This document shows, piece after piece, positions 9,182-18,175 of a stretch of 23,068 nt of DNA. This DNA is from Chlamydiota bacterium (lineage in GTDB: Bacteria; Auribacterota; Tritonobacteria; UBA1439): positions 1-23,068 of the forward strand of contig JBAXOY010000044.1 of assembly GCA_037133055.1 (NCBI GenBank), written 5' to 3'. How positions within the stretch are numbered: position 1 is the stretch's first letter; the number at the start of each line of letters is the position of its first letter. The notes beneath the pieces were generated by a model. The model ran no database searches. It was not told where the DNA came from and saw nothing but the letters and a program-made list of their open reading frames with translations. A program made the position numbers and the translations under genes.

Positions 9182-9856
9182 ATGATCGCCGACAATGTCG
9201 CACGGGTGAGGGAGAGGATCGCCGCCGCGGCGCGGCGCGCCGGGCGGCGCGCCGGGGACGTCGAGCTCCTCGCCTCCACGAAGGGGCGGTCGGTCGGGGA
9301 GATCGAGGAGGCGCTCAGCGCGGGCATTTGCGTAATCGGCGAGAACCGGGTGCAGGAGGCCGCGCGGAAATCCGCGGCGCTTCGCGGGCGCGCATCCCTA
9401 CACATGATCGGCCACCTCCAGCGCAACAAGGTCGCGGAGGCGCTGCGCCTGTTCGAACTCATCCATTCCGTCGACAGCCTCAGGCTCGCCGAGGAGATCG
9501 ACCGGGAGGGGGCGAAGGCCGGGCGCGTGGCGCCCGTGCTCGTGGAGGTGAATGTCTCCGGCGAGGAGCGGAAATTCGGGATCGCCGCGGGCGGGCTCCC
9601 CGCATTTCTCGACGCCGTCGGGCGCCTCGAGTGCGTCCGTGTGGAGGGGCTGATGACCATGGCCCCGTTCTCGGACAACCCCGGGGACTCGCGCCCCTTC
9701 TTCAGGCGCCTCCGCGAACTCGCCGCCGCCGCGGCGCGAGGGGAGACGCCGCGCGTCCGGATGCGGCATCTCTCCATGGGGATGACGCAGGATTTCGAGA
9801 CGGCGGTCGAGGAGGGGGCTACAATAGTCAGGATAGGGACCGCGATATTCGGATGA
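9182..9856 (+). CDS. yggS: YggS/PLPBP pyridoxal phosphate homeostasis protein
   Basis: ASTK, GENRVQE, HMIGHLQRNK, IHSVDS, GLMTM, LSMGMT.DF..AVEEGAT.VRIGTAIFG; ATG 9182 chosen over GTG 9149. Confidence 0.95.
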   Translation: MIADNVARVRERIAAAARRAGRRAGDVELLASTKGRSVGEIEEALSAGICVIGENRVQEAARKSAALRGRASLHMIGHLQRNKVAEALRLFELIHSVDSLRLAEEIDREGAKAGRVAPVLVEVNVSGEERKFGIAAGGLPAFLDAVGRLECVRVEGLMTMAPFSDNPGDSRPFFRRLRELAAAAARGETPRVRMRHLSMGMTQDFETAVEEGATIVRIGTAIFG

Positions 9857-9885
9857 TGTTTCGCCGAAGTGACAGGGGGGCCGTA

Positions 9886-10710
9886 ATGACGGCGAGGATA
9901 GACAGGAAGATAGGGTTCGTGGGCGGCGGGAACATGGCGGAGGCCATCATCCGCAGCCTCCTCGACGCGGGGCTGTGTCTCGCCTCGGATATCCGCGTGA
10001 GCGACACGCGGCGCGAGCGGAGCGCGCATCTTCACGGCAGCTTCGGGGTGGAGGCCGTGGAGGCGAACGGGAAGTGCGTCGCGATGAGCGACATCGTCAT
10101 CCTCGCCATCAAGCCCCAGAACATGGGCGCCGTGCTCGATGAGCTTTCGCGGGAGGGGATCTCCCCAGGGAGGCTCGTCCTTTCCATCGCCGCCGGGATC
10201 ACGACCGCGAGCATTGAACGGGCGCTCGGCGGAGAGGCCGCAGTGGTGCGCGTCATGCCGAACACCCCCGCCCTGATCGGGGAGGGGATGTCGATATGGG
10301 CGAGGGGGAGCCGGGTGGGGGAGCGCGACGCGGAGTACGCGCGGTGCATCCTGGGCGCGCTCGGGAAGGAGATCGAGGTCGGCGAGGAGCTGATGAACGC
10401 GGCCACCGCCCTGTCGGGGAGCGGCCCTGCGTACGTCTTCTACCTGCTCGAGGCGATGGAGAAGGCGGGAGAGGAGCTCGGCTTCACCGCCGCGCAGGCG
10501 CTCGCCATCTCGACACAGACCGTTATCGGCGCCGCGCGGCTCGTGGAGACTTCCGCGCAGCACCCGGATGAGCTCCGCAGGAAGGTGACCTCTCCCGGCG
10601 GCACGACGGCGGCGGCCATCAGGGTGCTCGATGAGAAGGGCGTCAGGAAGTCGTTCATCGCGGCGATCAAGGCCGCGTGCGCGCGTGCGGATGAGCTGAG
10701 TAAAATATAA
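9886..10710 (+). CDS. proC: Pyrroline-5-carboxylate reductase
   Basis: GFVGGGNMAEA, LAIKPQ, SIAAG, RVMPNTP, TALSGSGPAY, VTSPGGTT; ATG 9886 with upstream AGGGGGG. Confidence 0.95.
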   Translation: MTARIDRKIGFVGGGNMAEAIIRSLLDAGLCLASDIRVSDTRRERSAHLHGSFGVEAVEANGKCVAMSDIVILAIKPQNMGAVLDELSREGISPGRLVLSIAAGITTASIERALGGEAAVVRVMPNTPALIGEGMSIWARGSRVGERDAEYARCILGALGKEIEVGEELMNAATALSGSGPAYVFYLLEAMEKAGEELGFTAAQALAISTQTVIGAARLVETSAQHPDELRRKVTSPGGTTAAAIRVLDEKGVRKSFIAAIKAACARADELSKI

Positions 10711-10731
10711 ATCCCAAATCCCAAATCCCAA
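10709..10731 (+). repeat. Tandem heptamer (AAATCCC)x3
   Basis: aaatccc aaatccc aaatccc aa, starting in the proC stop codon. Confidence 0.8.
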
Positions 10732-10776
10732 CATAGCGGGCTAAAAGGACGGACACGATTTCCACCGAAGGTGGCC

Positions 10777-11064
10777 ATGCTCGATCTGCGCGAAAAAGAC
10801 GGTGCCGTTCTCCTCAAGGTCCGCCTCCAGCCCGCGGCGTCCCGGGACGAGATCGCCGGGGAGCATGGGGGCGCGCTCAAGGTGAAGGTGCACGCCCCGC
10901 CCGAGAAGGGCAGGGCCAACCGCGCCGCCATCGAGTTCCTTGCAACGTATTTCGGCCTGAGCAAATCCGCCGTGACGCTTGTACGGGGCGAATGCTCGAG
11001 GGATAAGCTTTTCGCCCTCAGGGGGCTGGATGTGCGCCGGCTCCTCGCCTCCCTCCCGGAGTGA
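10777..11064 (+). CDS. yggU: DUF167/YggU (UPF0235) protein
   Basis: VRLQPAASR, LKVKVHAPPEKGRAN, V.LVRGE.SRDK; follows proC. Confidence 0.85.
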   Translation: MLDLREKDGAVLLKVRLQPAASRDEIAGEHGGALKVKVHAPPEKGRANRAAIEFLATYFGLSKSAVTLVRGECSRDKLFALRGLDVRRLLASLPE

Positions 11065-11075
11065 CGCATTCTCTA

Positions 11076-11104
11076 TTGATTCCGTCGCTCGCTCCTGCTA
11101 TAGT
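11076..11104 (+). promoter_or_regulatory. Sigma70-type promoter for the ileS operon
   Basis: TTGATT-17 nt-TATAGT with extended TG at 11096-11097. Confidence 0.7.
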
Positions 11105-11193
11105 CCCCCTCCGTCATTCGCCCGAAGGCGAGCGGCGGGGAGGCCGGCCCCGCGGGCTTAAACATGTTATTACTTCCTTAGCTGGAATTGGTT

Positions 11194-13986
11194 ATGGAAA
11201 AAAACAACTACAAGGCCACGCTCAACCTCCCGAGGACGAGCTTCCCGATGAAGGCCTCTCTGAGTTCCCGGGAGCCCGAGTTCATCGCGTTCTGGGAGAA
11301 GGAGCATATTTACGATAAGGCCTGCGCGCAGCGGATGAACGGCCCCAGGTTCGTTCTTCACGACGGCCCCCCCTATGCGAACGGCGACATCCACATGGGG
11401 CATGCCCTCAACAAGCTGCTGAAGGACATGGTGGTGAAGTACAAGACCATGCGCGGATACTTCAGCCCCTTCGTGCCCGGGTGGGACTGCCACGGTCTCC
11501 CCGTCGAACACCAGCTCTTCAAGGAGCTCAAAATCGGGAAGCACCAGATCGACCGGGTGCAGTTCAGGAAGAAGGCGCGGGACTACGCGCTGAAGTTCGT
11601 CGGTGTCCAGCGCGAGCAGTTCAAACGGCTCGGGATCTTCGGCGACTGGGAGCGCCCGTATCTCACGCTTGACCCCGGATACCAGGCCTCCATCATCGAA
11701 TGCTTCGGGAAGATGTACCTGGACGGGTACATCTACCGCGGCATGAAGCCGATCCACTGGTGCGCGACCTGCGAGACCGCCCTCGCGGAAGCGGAGGTGG
11801 AGTACGACGACCACGCCTCGCCGTCGGTCTATGTCGCCTTCGAGGTCCTCTTCGGGATCGAGAAGGCGCTCCCGGGCGTCGGCAATGCCTCCATGCTCAT
11901 CTGGACCACGACGCCCTGGACGCTGCCCGCGAACCGGGCGGTCGCCGTGCGGGCGGAATTCGAGTACGCCGCGGTCCGCCTGAAGGGGCGCACGCTCATC
12001 GTCGCGCGGGACCTCGCGGGCAGGGTCGCGGAGGAACTGGGAGAGCCGGCGCCTGAGGTCGTGGGAGTCTGCCGCGGCCGCGACCTCGAGGGGGCGGTCA
12101 CCGCCCACCCGTTCACGGGCGGGAAATCCCCGGTGGTCCTCTCCGGCCACGTGACGCGGGAGCAGGGGACCGGCCTGGTCCACGTCGCCCCGGGGCACGG
12201 GGACGAGGACTACCAGATCGGCTGCAAATACGGGCTCGAGGTATTCGCGCCCGTGGACGCCCGGGGCGAGTTCACCGCGGCCGCCGGCCCGTTCGCGGGG
12301 ATGCGGGTCGACCGGGCGAACGGGGCGATCATCGAGCGCCTTCGCGAAAAGGGCGCGCTCCTGCTCTCTCGCGAGATCACGCATTCCTACCCGCACTGCT
12401 GGCGGTGCAGACGCCCGGTGATCTTCAGGGCCACGGAGCAGTGGTTCATCGGCGTCGACCGCCACAACCTCAGGAAGCGCGCGCTCGCCGAGGTGGACAC
12501 GGTGACATGGATCCCCGACCGGGGACGCAACAGGATCGGCAGCATGCTCGAAGTCAGGCCCGACTGGTGCATCTCCCGCCAGCGCTACTGGGGGGTCCCC
12601 ATCCCCGTGCTCTACTGCCTCGGCTGCGGGGCGCCGGTTCTCACGGAGGAGATCCTGGCCCGCGTCCGCGCGGCGGTCGCCGCGCGCAGCGCGGACGCCT
12701 GGTTCGCGGAGCCCGCCGCGTCGTTCCTCCCCGACGGGTTCAGGTGCCCCTCCTGCCGGGGAGTGGAGTTCCGCAAGGAGGAGGACATCATCGACGTCTG
12801 GTTCGACTCCGGCGTCAGTCACCAGGCGGTCCTCGCCGCGAGGCCCGAACTCGGGTTCCCCTGTGCGCTCTACCTCGAGGGAAGCGACCAGCACCGGGGC
12901 TGGTTTCAGACCTCGCTCCTCACCGCGGTCGCCCTTGCGGGCCGCGCCCCGTTCGCGCAGGTCCTGACCCACGGCTTCATCACCGACGGCGAGGGAAAGA
13001 AGATGTCGAAGTCCGCGGGGAACGTGATCGCGCCGCAGAGCGTCATCGAGCGGTATGGCGCGGACATCCTCCGCCTCTGGGTCTCGTCCGTGGACTACGG
13101 CGTGGATGTCCGCATCTCCCGGGATATACTCGAGCAGTTGATCGACGCGTACAGGAGAATACGCAACACGTTCCGGTACCTCCTGGGGAACCTCTACGAT
13201 TTTGCGCCGGAGGGCGACGCGGTGCCCCGGGAGCGGATGGAGGAGATGGACCGCTGGATGATGAGCCGCCTGCAGCGAATGCTCGCCGAGGTGACGGAGG
13301 CCTACGAGCGCTGCGACTTCTGCAGGGCGTACCACCTGGTGCACCAGTTCTGCGCCGTCGACCTGAGCAGCCTCTATCTCGATATACTGAAAGACCGGCT
13401 CTACACGGCCGGGGCGGCCTCGGCGCGGCGGCGCTCGGCCCAGACCGCCCTCTGCGCCATCCTCGATGTCCTGGTCACGGTCTCCGCCCCCATCCTCGCC
13501 TTCACGGCCGAGGAGGCGTGGCAGTCCTCCCCGTTTCTCCCGGCGCGGCGCGCGAGCGTGCACCTCGCGGACTGGCCGGCGGCGCGGGGCGAGTTCGTCG
13601 ACGCGCGCCTCGAGGGGGAATGGGACCGGCTCCTCGAGGTCAGGAGAGAGGTGGCGAAGGCGCTTGAGGACGCCCGGCAGGGGCGGATGATCGGCAACGC
13701 CCTCGAGGCGCGGGTGACGATCTCCTGCGGCGACGGCGAGGTCTTCCGCCTTCTGGACGGGAAGAAGGAGATCCTCGCGGACCTTTTCATCGTCTCCCGG
13801 GTCGACCTGGTCCTCGATCCCGCGGCGGCGGACGGGGCGGCCCCGCTCGGGGTCGCGGTGGCCCGCGCGGAGGGAGAGAAGTGCGGGCGCTGCTGGAAAT
13901 ATTCGACGACCGTGGGGCGCAGCGCTGCGCACCCGGCGATCTGCGGCAGGTGTGTCGTAGTGGTGGAATCTCACGGCCGCGCCTGA
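11194..13986 (+). CDS. ileS: Isoleucine--tRNA ligase (type 1)
   Basis: HDGPPYANGDIHMGH, GWDCHGLP, WTTTPWTLP, DWCISRQR, EGSDQHRGWF, KMSKS, C-terminal CGRCW..CGRC zinc finger. Confidence 0.98.
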   Translation: MEKNNYKATLNLPRTSFPMKASLSSREPEFIAFWEKEHIYDKACAQRMNGPRFVLHDGPPYANGDIHMGHALNKLLKDMVVKYKTMRGYFSPFVPGWDCHGLPVEHQLFKELKIGKHQIDRVQFRKKARDYALKFVGVQREQFKRLGIFGDWERPYLTLDPGYQASIIECFGKMYLDGYIYRGMKPIHWCATCETALAEAEVEYDDHASPSVYVAFEVLFGIEKALPGVGNASMLIWTTTPWTLPANRAVAVRAEFEYAAVRLKGRTLIVARDLAGRVAEELGEPAPEVVGVCRGRDLEGAVTAHPFTGGKSPVVLSGHVTREQGTGLVHVAPGHGDEDYQIGCKYGLEVFAPVDARGEFTAAAGPFAGMRVDRANGAIIERLREKGALLLSREITHSYPHCWRCRRPVIFRATEQWFIGVDRHNLRKRALAEVDTVTWIPDRGRNRIGSMLEVRPDWCISRQRYWGVPIPVLYCLGCGAPVLTEEILARVRAAVAARSADAWFAEPAASFLPDGFRCPSCRGVEFRKEEDIIDVWFDSGVSHQAVLAARPELGFPCALYLEGSDQHRGWFQTSLLTAVALAGRAPFAQVLTHGFITDGEGKKMSKSAGNVIAPQSVIERYGADILRLWVSSVDYGVDVRISRDILEQLIDAYRRIRNTFRYLLGNLYDFAPEGDAVPRERMEEMDRWMMSRLQRMLAEVTEAYERCDFCRAYHLVHQFCAVDLSSLYLDILKDRLYTAGAASARRRSAQTALCAILDVLVTVSAPILAFTAEEAWQSSPFLPARRASVHLADWPAARGEFVDARLEGEWDRLLEVRREVAKALEDARQGRMIGNALEARVTISCGDGEVFRLLDGKKEILADLFIVSRVDLVLDPAAADGAAPLGVAVARAEGEKCGRCWKYSTTVGRSAAHPAICGRCVVVVESHGRA

Positions 13987-14020
13987 CGCGGCCCGACCGG
14001 AGTCACAGGGGAGGTACACG

Positions 14021-14527
14021 ATGGCAAAGGCGAAGAAGGCCGCGGCGAAGGCGAAAGTGAAGGTGAAGAGGACGGCCGCCCCGGTGAAGGCGAAGCGCGC
14101 GCCCGCGGCCGCGAAACCCGCCCGCAGGGCGAAGTCGCCCATCCCGGCGGAGATGATCAAGAAGCTGAAGGAGATGCTGATCACGCAGAAGGATCGGATC
14201 ATGGGGGATTTCATGAGCCTCCGCGAGACGCACCTCCGCAGCTCGCAGCGCGAATCGACGGGGGATCTGTCGGGCTATTCGCTGCACATGGCCGACCTCG
14301 GCACCGACGCCTTCGACCGGGAGTTTGCACTCACCGTCGTCTCGAGCGAGCAGGATGTCCTGTACCGGATCGACCAGGCCCTCCGGAGGATGGAGGAGAG
14401 GACCTACGGACGCTGCGAGACGTGCGGCAGCGCCATCAAGCTCACGCGCCTGAAGGCCGTGCCGTGGGCCCGGCTCTGCCTCCCCTGCAAGGAGGCGGAG
14501 GAGGCGGGCGGCGGGGGGGAGTCCTGA
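14021..14527 (+). CDS. TraR/DksA family C4 zinc-finger transcriptional regulator with Lys/Ala-rich N-terminus
   Basis: HMADLGTD, IDQALRRM..TYGRCETCG..I...RLKAVPWARLCLPC; RBS GGGAGG. Confidence 0.88.
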   Translation: MAKAKKAAAKAKVKVKRTAAPVKAKRAPAAAKPARRAKSPIPAEMIKKLKEMLITQKDRIMGDFMSLRETHLRSSQRESTGDLSGYSLHMADLGTDAFDREFALTVVSSEQDVLYRIDQALRRMEERTYGRCETCGSAIKLTRLKAVPWARLCLPCKEAEEAGGGGES

Positions 14528-15025
14528 ATGGCGACTCTCGCGGCTGCGGCGCTCGTGCTCGCGGCGGACCAGCTCACCAAGCTCTGGGTGCGGAGCGCGT
14601 TCGCCGAGGAGGAGCTGACGGTGGTCATCAACGGGTTCTTCAACCTCACCTACGTCAGGAACCGCGGGGGGGCGTTCGGGATATTCCAGCACCGGCAGAT
14701 GCTCTTTGTCGTGCTCTCGCTGGCGACCATAGCCGCCCTCGCCTGGTTCTACCGGGGGTTCTCCCCGCGGCGCCGCGTGTGCAGGATCGCGGTAGGGTTG
14801 ATTCTCGGCGGTGCGCTCGGCAACCTCGCGGACCGTCTGCTGGTGGACCGCGATCGGTGCGTGATCGACTGGCTCGACGTCCACTGGGGCGCGTATCACT
14901 GGCCCGCGTTCAATATCGCCGACAGCGCGATCAGCGTCGGTGTCTTCGTGCTCCTCTACTATCTCCTGCTCAAGGCCGAGGGTGGCCCTGCGAAGGGCGG
15001 GGGCGGAGCGGCGCCGGCCGGCTGA
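14528..15025 (+). CDS. lspA: Lipoprotein signal peptidase II
   Basis: DQLTK, N.GGAFG, GGALGNLADR, VIDW, WPAFNIADSAI. Confidence 0.95.
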   Translation: MATLAAAALVLAADQLTKLWVRSAFAEEELTVVINGFFNLTYVRNRGGAFGIFQHRQMLFVVLSLATIAALAWFYRGFSPRRRVCRIAVGLILGGALGNLADRLLVDRDRCVIDWLDVHWGAYHWPAFNIADSAISVGVFVLLYYLLLKAEGGPAKGGGGAAPAG

Positions 15026-15047
15026 GGCGGCGGGCGAGGGAGTTCCC

Positions 15048-15869
15048 ATGCATCCGATCGTGTTTCAGTTCGGTCCCCTGACCGTGTACTCCTACGGGGT
15101 CTGCGTCGCGGCGGCATTCCTCGTCTCGCTCGCGACCGCGGCGTGGAGATTGAAGCGTTACGGGTGGAGGCCGGAGGTCGCCTACGACATCGGCATCTAC
15201 GCGCTCCTCGCCGCGATCGCGGGGTCCCGCCTTCTCTACATCATCGAGGACCCGGGCGAGTTCCTCGCCTCCCCGTGGGACGCGTTGAAGGTCTGGAGGG
15301 GCGGGCTCTCCTACCACGGCGGCCTGATCGCCGCCGTGCTCGCGGGGATCGTCTACCTGCGCTCACACCGCCTCCGCGTCGCCGAGGGGTTCGATCTTCT
15401 CATCCCCTCCGTGGCGCTGGGGCACGCGGTGGGGCGGATCGGCTGCTTTCTCAACGGATGCTGTTTCGGGGCCGTCACGCGCCTGCCGTGGGGGGTCGTG
15501 TTCCCCGAGGGAAGCACGGCGCACTCGTTCCAGCTCTGCGAGGCGGGGCTCCTGCCGCCGGGGACGGCGTGGAGCCTCCCCGTGCACCCGACGCAGTTGT
15601 ACGAATCGCTCGCTGAGTTCGGGATCTTCGTCGCGCTCGTCCTCGCCCTGCCGCGGAAAAAGTTCCAGGGGGAGATATTCTGGCTCTATATATTTCTGTA
15701 CGGGACTGCCCGGTTCCTGATCGAGTACTTCAGGGCCGACAATCCCGCGGTCCTCTCCGTGGGCCGGGCGGCCATGAGTTTTCCGCAGGCGACGGGCCTG
15801 GCGATGGCGCTGGCCTCGGGAGCGATCATCCTCGCGGCGGGCCGCCGATGCGCCGCGCCGGCGGGGTGA
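15048..15869 (+). CDS. lgt: Prolipoprotein diacylglyceryl transferase
   Basis: MHPI..GPLTVYSYG, WRGGLSYHGG, GRIGCFLNGCCFG, HPTQLYE, RFLIEYFR; ATG 15048 after GAGGGAG. Confidence 0.95.
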   Translation: MHPIVFQFGPLTVYSYGVCVAAAFLVSLATAAWRLKRYGWRPEVAYDIGIYALLAAIAGSRLLYIIEDPGEFLASPWDALKVWRGGLSYHGGLIAAVLAGIVYLRSHRLRVAEGFDLLIPSVALGHAVGRIGCFLNGCCFGAVTRLPWGVVFPEGSTAHSFQLCEAGLLPPGTAWSLPVHPTQLYESLAEFGIFVALVLALPRKKFQGEIFWLYIFLYGTARFLIEYFRADNPAVLSVGRAAMSFPQATGLAMALASGAIILAAGRRCAAPAG

Positions 15870-15878
15870 GCGCGGTCT

Positions 15879-16922
15879 ATGGACGACGGGCGGCGTGAAC
15901 GGCGGAAAACGGCCAGCGCGCGGTTCGCGGCGGGGGAGCGTGCGCGCCGGCATCCGGAGGCGGGCGCGGCACTGATTGCGGTTGGCGGGGAGAGCGACGG
16001 GGAGCGCCTGGACAGGTTCCTCGTCGGGCGGATGGACGGGTTCTCCCGCGCCGCGGTGCAGCGCCTGATCGAGGGCGGGCGCGTCCTCGTGAACGGCAGG
16101 GCCGTCAAGGCGCACCAGCGGGTACGCGCGGGCGACCGGGCCGAGGTCTCCGTCCCCCCGCCCGCGGAGACCGGGCTCCTCGCGGAGGATGTCCCGCTCG
16201 TGGTGCTCTACGAGGACGGCGATCTCCTCGTGGTGGACAAGCCGCCGGGGATGATCGTCCATCCGGCAGGGCGCATTGTCGCCGGGACGCTCGTAAACGC
16301 GCTCCTCGCCCGCTGCCCGGACCTTTCCGGGATAGGCGGCGAGCTCAAGCCCGGGATCGTCCACCGGCTCGATAAGGGCACGAGCGGCTGCATCGCCGTC
16401 GCAAAATGCGATGAGGCGCATCGCCTGATCTCCGCGCAGTTCGCGCGCCGGGAGGTGTACAAGGAGTACCTCGCGATCGTGCACGGTGCGCCGCCGGGCC
16501 CGCGGGGCATTGTGGAGGGGCTGATCGCGCGGCACCCGGTCGAGCGGAAGCGGATGGCGGTGCGGCGGGACCGCGGGCGGGAATCGGTCACCCGCTACGA
16601 GGTGATCGAGCGGTTCGGCGGATTTTCCTGGGTTTCGCTGCGCCTCCACACGGGGAGGACGCACCAGATCCGCGTCCACATGGCGCACCTCGGGTGTCCG
16701 GTGCTCGGCGACCCGCTGTACGGCCGGGGGAGGACGCGGACGGCGGCGGGCGTCGAGGCCGGGCGGCCGATGCTCCACGCGTGGCGTCTCGGGTTCGCGC
16801 ACCCAACTTCCGGGAGGGCGCTGCGCTTCGAGGCGCCGATACCGGGGGATATCGCCCGCGTCCTCGCGGCGCTGCGGGCGGAGGGTGCGGCGATCAAGGC
16901 TTCAACGCCGGGACGCAGATGA
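15879..16922 (+). CDS. rluD: RluA-family pseudouridine synthase with S4 domain (RluD-like)
   Basis: RLDRFL, VDKPPGMIVHP, GIVHRLDKGTSG, TGRTHQIRVH, GDPLYG; start codon uncertain. Confidence 0.88.
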   Translation: MDDGRRERRKTASARFAAGERARRHPEAGAALIAVGGESDGERLDRFLVGRMDGFSRAAVQRLIEGGRVLVNGRAVKAHQRVRAGDRAEVSVPPPAETGLLAEDVPLVVLYEDGDLLVVDKPPGMIVHPAGRIVAGTLVNALLARCPDLSGIGGELKPGIVHRLDKGTSGCIAVAKCDEAHRLISAQFARREVYKEYLAIVHGAPPGPRGIVEGLIARHPVERKRMAVRRDRGRESVTRYEVIERFGGFSWVSLRLHTGRTHQIRVHMAHLGCPVLGDPLYGRGRTRTAAGVEAGRPMLHAWRLGFAHPTSGRALRFEAPIPGDIARVLAALRAEGAAIKASTPGRR

Positions 16923-17229
16923 ACGCAGATAGTCAGGATGGACGCAGATACGACGATTGAAGGATGAATGGGACGCGGATCGGCGCGGATGCACGCGGAT
17001 GAGACAACAGCGTAACATTGAAAGTCCAAAGCAAAGAGGCATTCAGGACGCAGATGAACGCGGATGAACGCAGATAATGAACGGCTAAAAGGCGAATGGG
17101 ACGCGGATCGGCGCGGATGCACGCGGATAAAACAGGGAAACAGAATCTATGTTTCGGACGCGGATCGCCGCAGATGTGCGCGGATTGGGAAACAGCCTGA
17201 AAATATTTCAATGCCGGGACGCAGATGAA
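16901..17229 (+). repeat. Array of NNNCGCRGAT decamer blocks separated by 21-45 nt spacers
   Basis: Blocks at 16911-16949 (interrupted), 16971-17000, 17046-17075, 17099-17128, 17156-17185, 17217-17226; bounded by a 22/23-nt direct repeat. Confidence 0.85.
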
Positions 17230-17245
17230 AAGAGGCGGCACGGTC

Positions 17246-18172
17246 ATGGACTTGTATCCCCTGAAATTCACCCCGATCTATAAGGAGAAGGTGTGGGGCG
17301 GCGAATCGTGGGAGATCGCCGACCACGGGGCGGACGTGAGCCTCGTGGCGGAAGGGCCCTTGGCGGGGCGGTCCCTGCGCGCCCTGATCGTGGAGCATCC
17401 GGAGGGAATCCTCGGGTGCGCGATTGCGGCGCGGCGCCTCGACCGGTTCCCGCTCCTTTTGAAGGCACTCGACGCATCGGGGAACCTCTCCGTGCAGGTC
17501 CACCCCCCCGACGGCTATGCGGCGGGGCACGAGAAGGGGGAGTGGGGAAAGACCGAGCTCTGGTACGTGGCCGCCGCGGACGAGGGGGCGGAGATGCTCT
17601 GCGGCCTCCGGGACGGGGTCGGGCGGGGGGAGCTTGTGCAGGCGCTCGCGGAGGACCGCGTCCCCGGCTGTTTGAGGCGCATCGGGGTGAAGGCGGGCGA
17701 TGCCCTCCTCGTGCCGGCGGGGAGGATCCACGCCGTCTGCGCGGGCGCCCGGGTGATCGAGATCGAGGAGAACTCGGACGTCACCTACCGCCTCTATGAC
17801 TGGGGGCGCGACGGCCGTCCGATGCACCGCGAGAAGGCGATCGAGGTCATCGACTTCGAGGACCGGTCCGATCCGCGGATCGAGAAGAGGTGGGAGCGTG
17901 GGGACGGGTTCCGCAGGGCGCCGCTCGCGCGGTGCCGCTATTTCGCGACCGATCTGGTCGAGGTGGAGGGGCGTCTGCGCTCCGCCTGCGAGGGAGACCG
18001 GTTCAGGGTTCTTTCCGTCGCGTCCGGGGGCGGTATCCTCCGGCACGGCGGGCCGGGCGGAGAAACCGGGCTTCGCGGGGGCGACCATCTCCTGCTCCCC
18101 GCCGGGCTCGGCGGGTACACGATCGAGGCGGCCCGCGGGGGGTGCGCCCTCCTGCAGACGGAGGTTCCATAG
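17246..18172 (+). CDS. manA: Class I mannose-6-phosphate isomerase (cupin)
   Basis: KVWGG.ESWE, FPLLLK.LDA..LSVQVHP, GKTELWY, VPAGRIHA, ENSDVTYRLYDW. Confidence 0.85.
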   Translation: MDLYPLKFTPIYKEKVWGGESWEIADHGADVSLVAEGPLAGRSLRALIVEHPEGILGCAIAARRLDRFPLLLKALDASGNLSVQVHPPDGYAAGHEKGEWGKTELWYVAAADEGAEMLCGLRDGVGRGELVQALAEDRVPGCLRRIGVKAGDALLVPAGRIHAVCAGARVIEIEENSDVTYRLYDWGRDGRPMHREKAIEVIDFEDRSDPRIEKRWERGDGFRRAPLARCRYFATDLVEVEGRLRSACEGDRFRVLSVASGGGILRHGGPGGETGLRGGDHLLLPAGLGGYTIEAARGGCALLQTEVP

Positions 18173-18175
18173 CAG

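Noticed and set aside
9328..9885. Extended proC N-terminus
   Set aside because: It overlaps yggS; ProC motifs start after ATG 9886
8980..10734. 584-aa minus-strand ORF and similar long overlapping ORFs (e.g. 15363-16802, 14003-15049, 21402-22433)
   Set aside because: They overlap well-supported genes and are Arg/Pro/Gly-rich shadow frames
11065..11193. T-box riboswitch before ileS
   Set aside because: Leader is too short and lacks the GGTGGNACCGCG motif and terminator
11170..14214. 1014-aa minus-strand ORF
   Set aside because: Antisense shadow of ileS in high-GC DNA; no recognisable motifs
16901..17229. Canonical CRISPR array
   Set aside because: Repeats are variable and internally tandem, spacer lengths are too uneven, and there are no cas genes or leader
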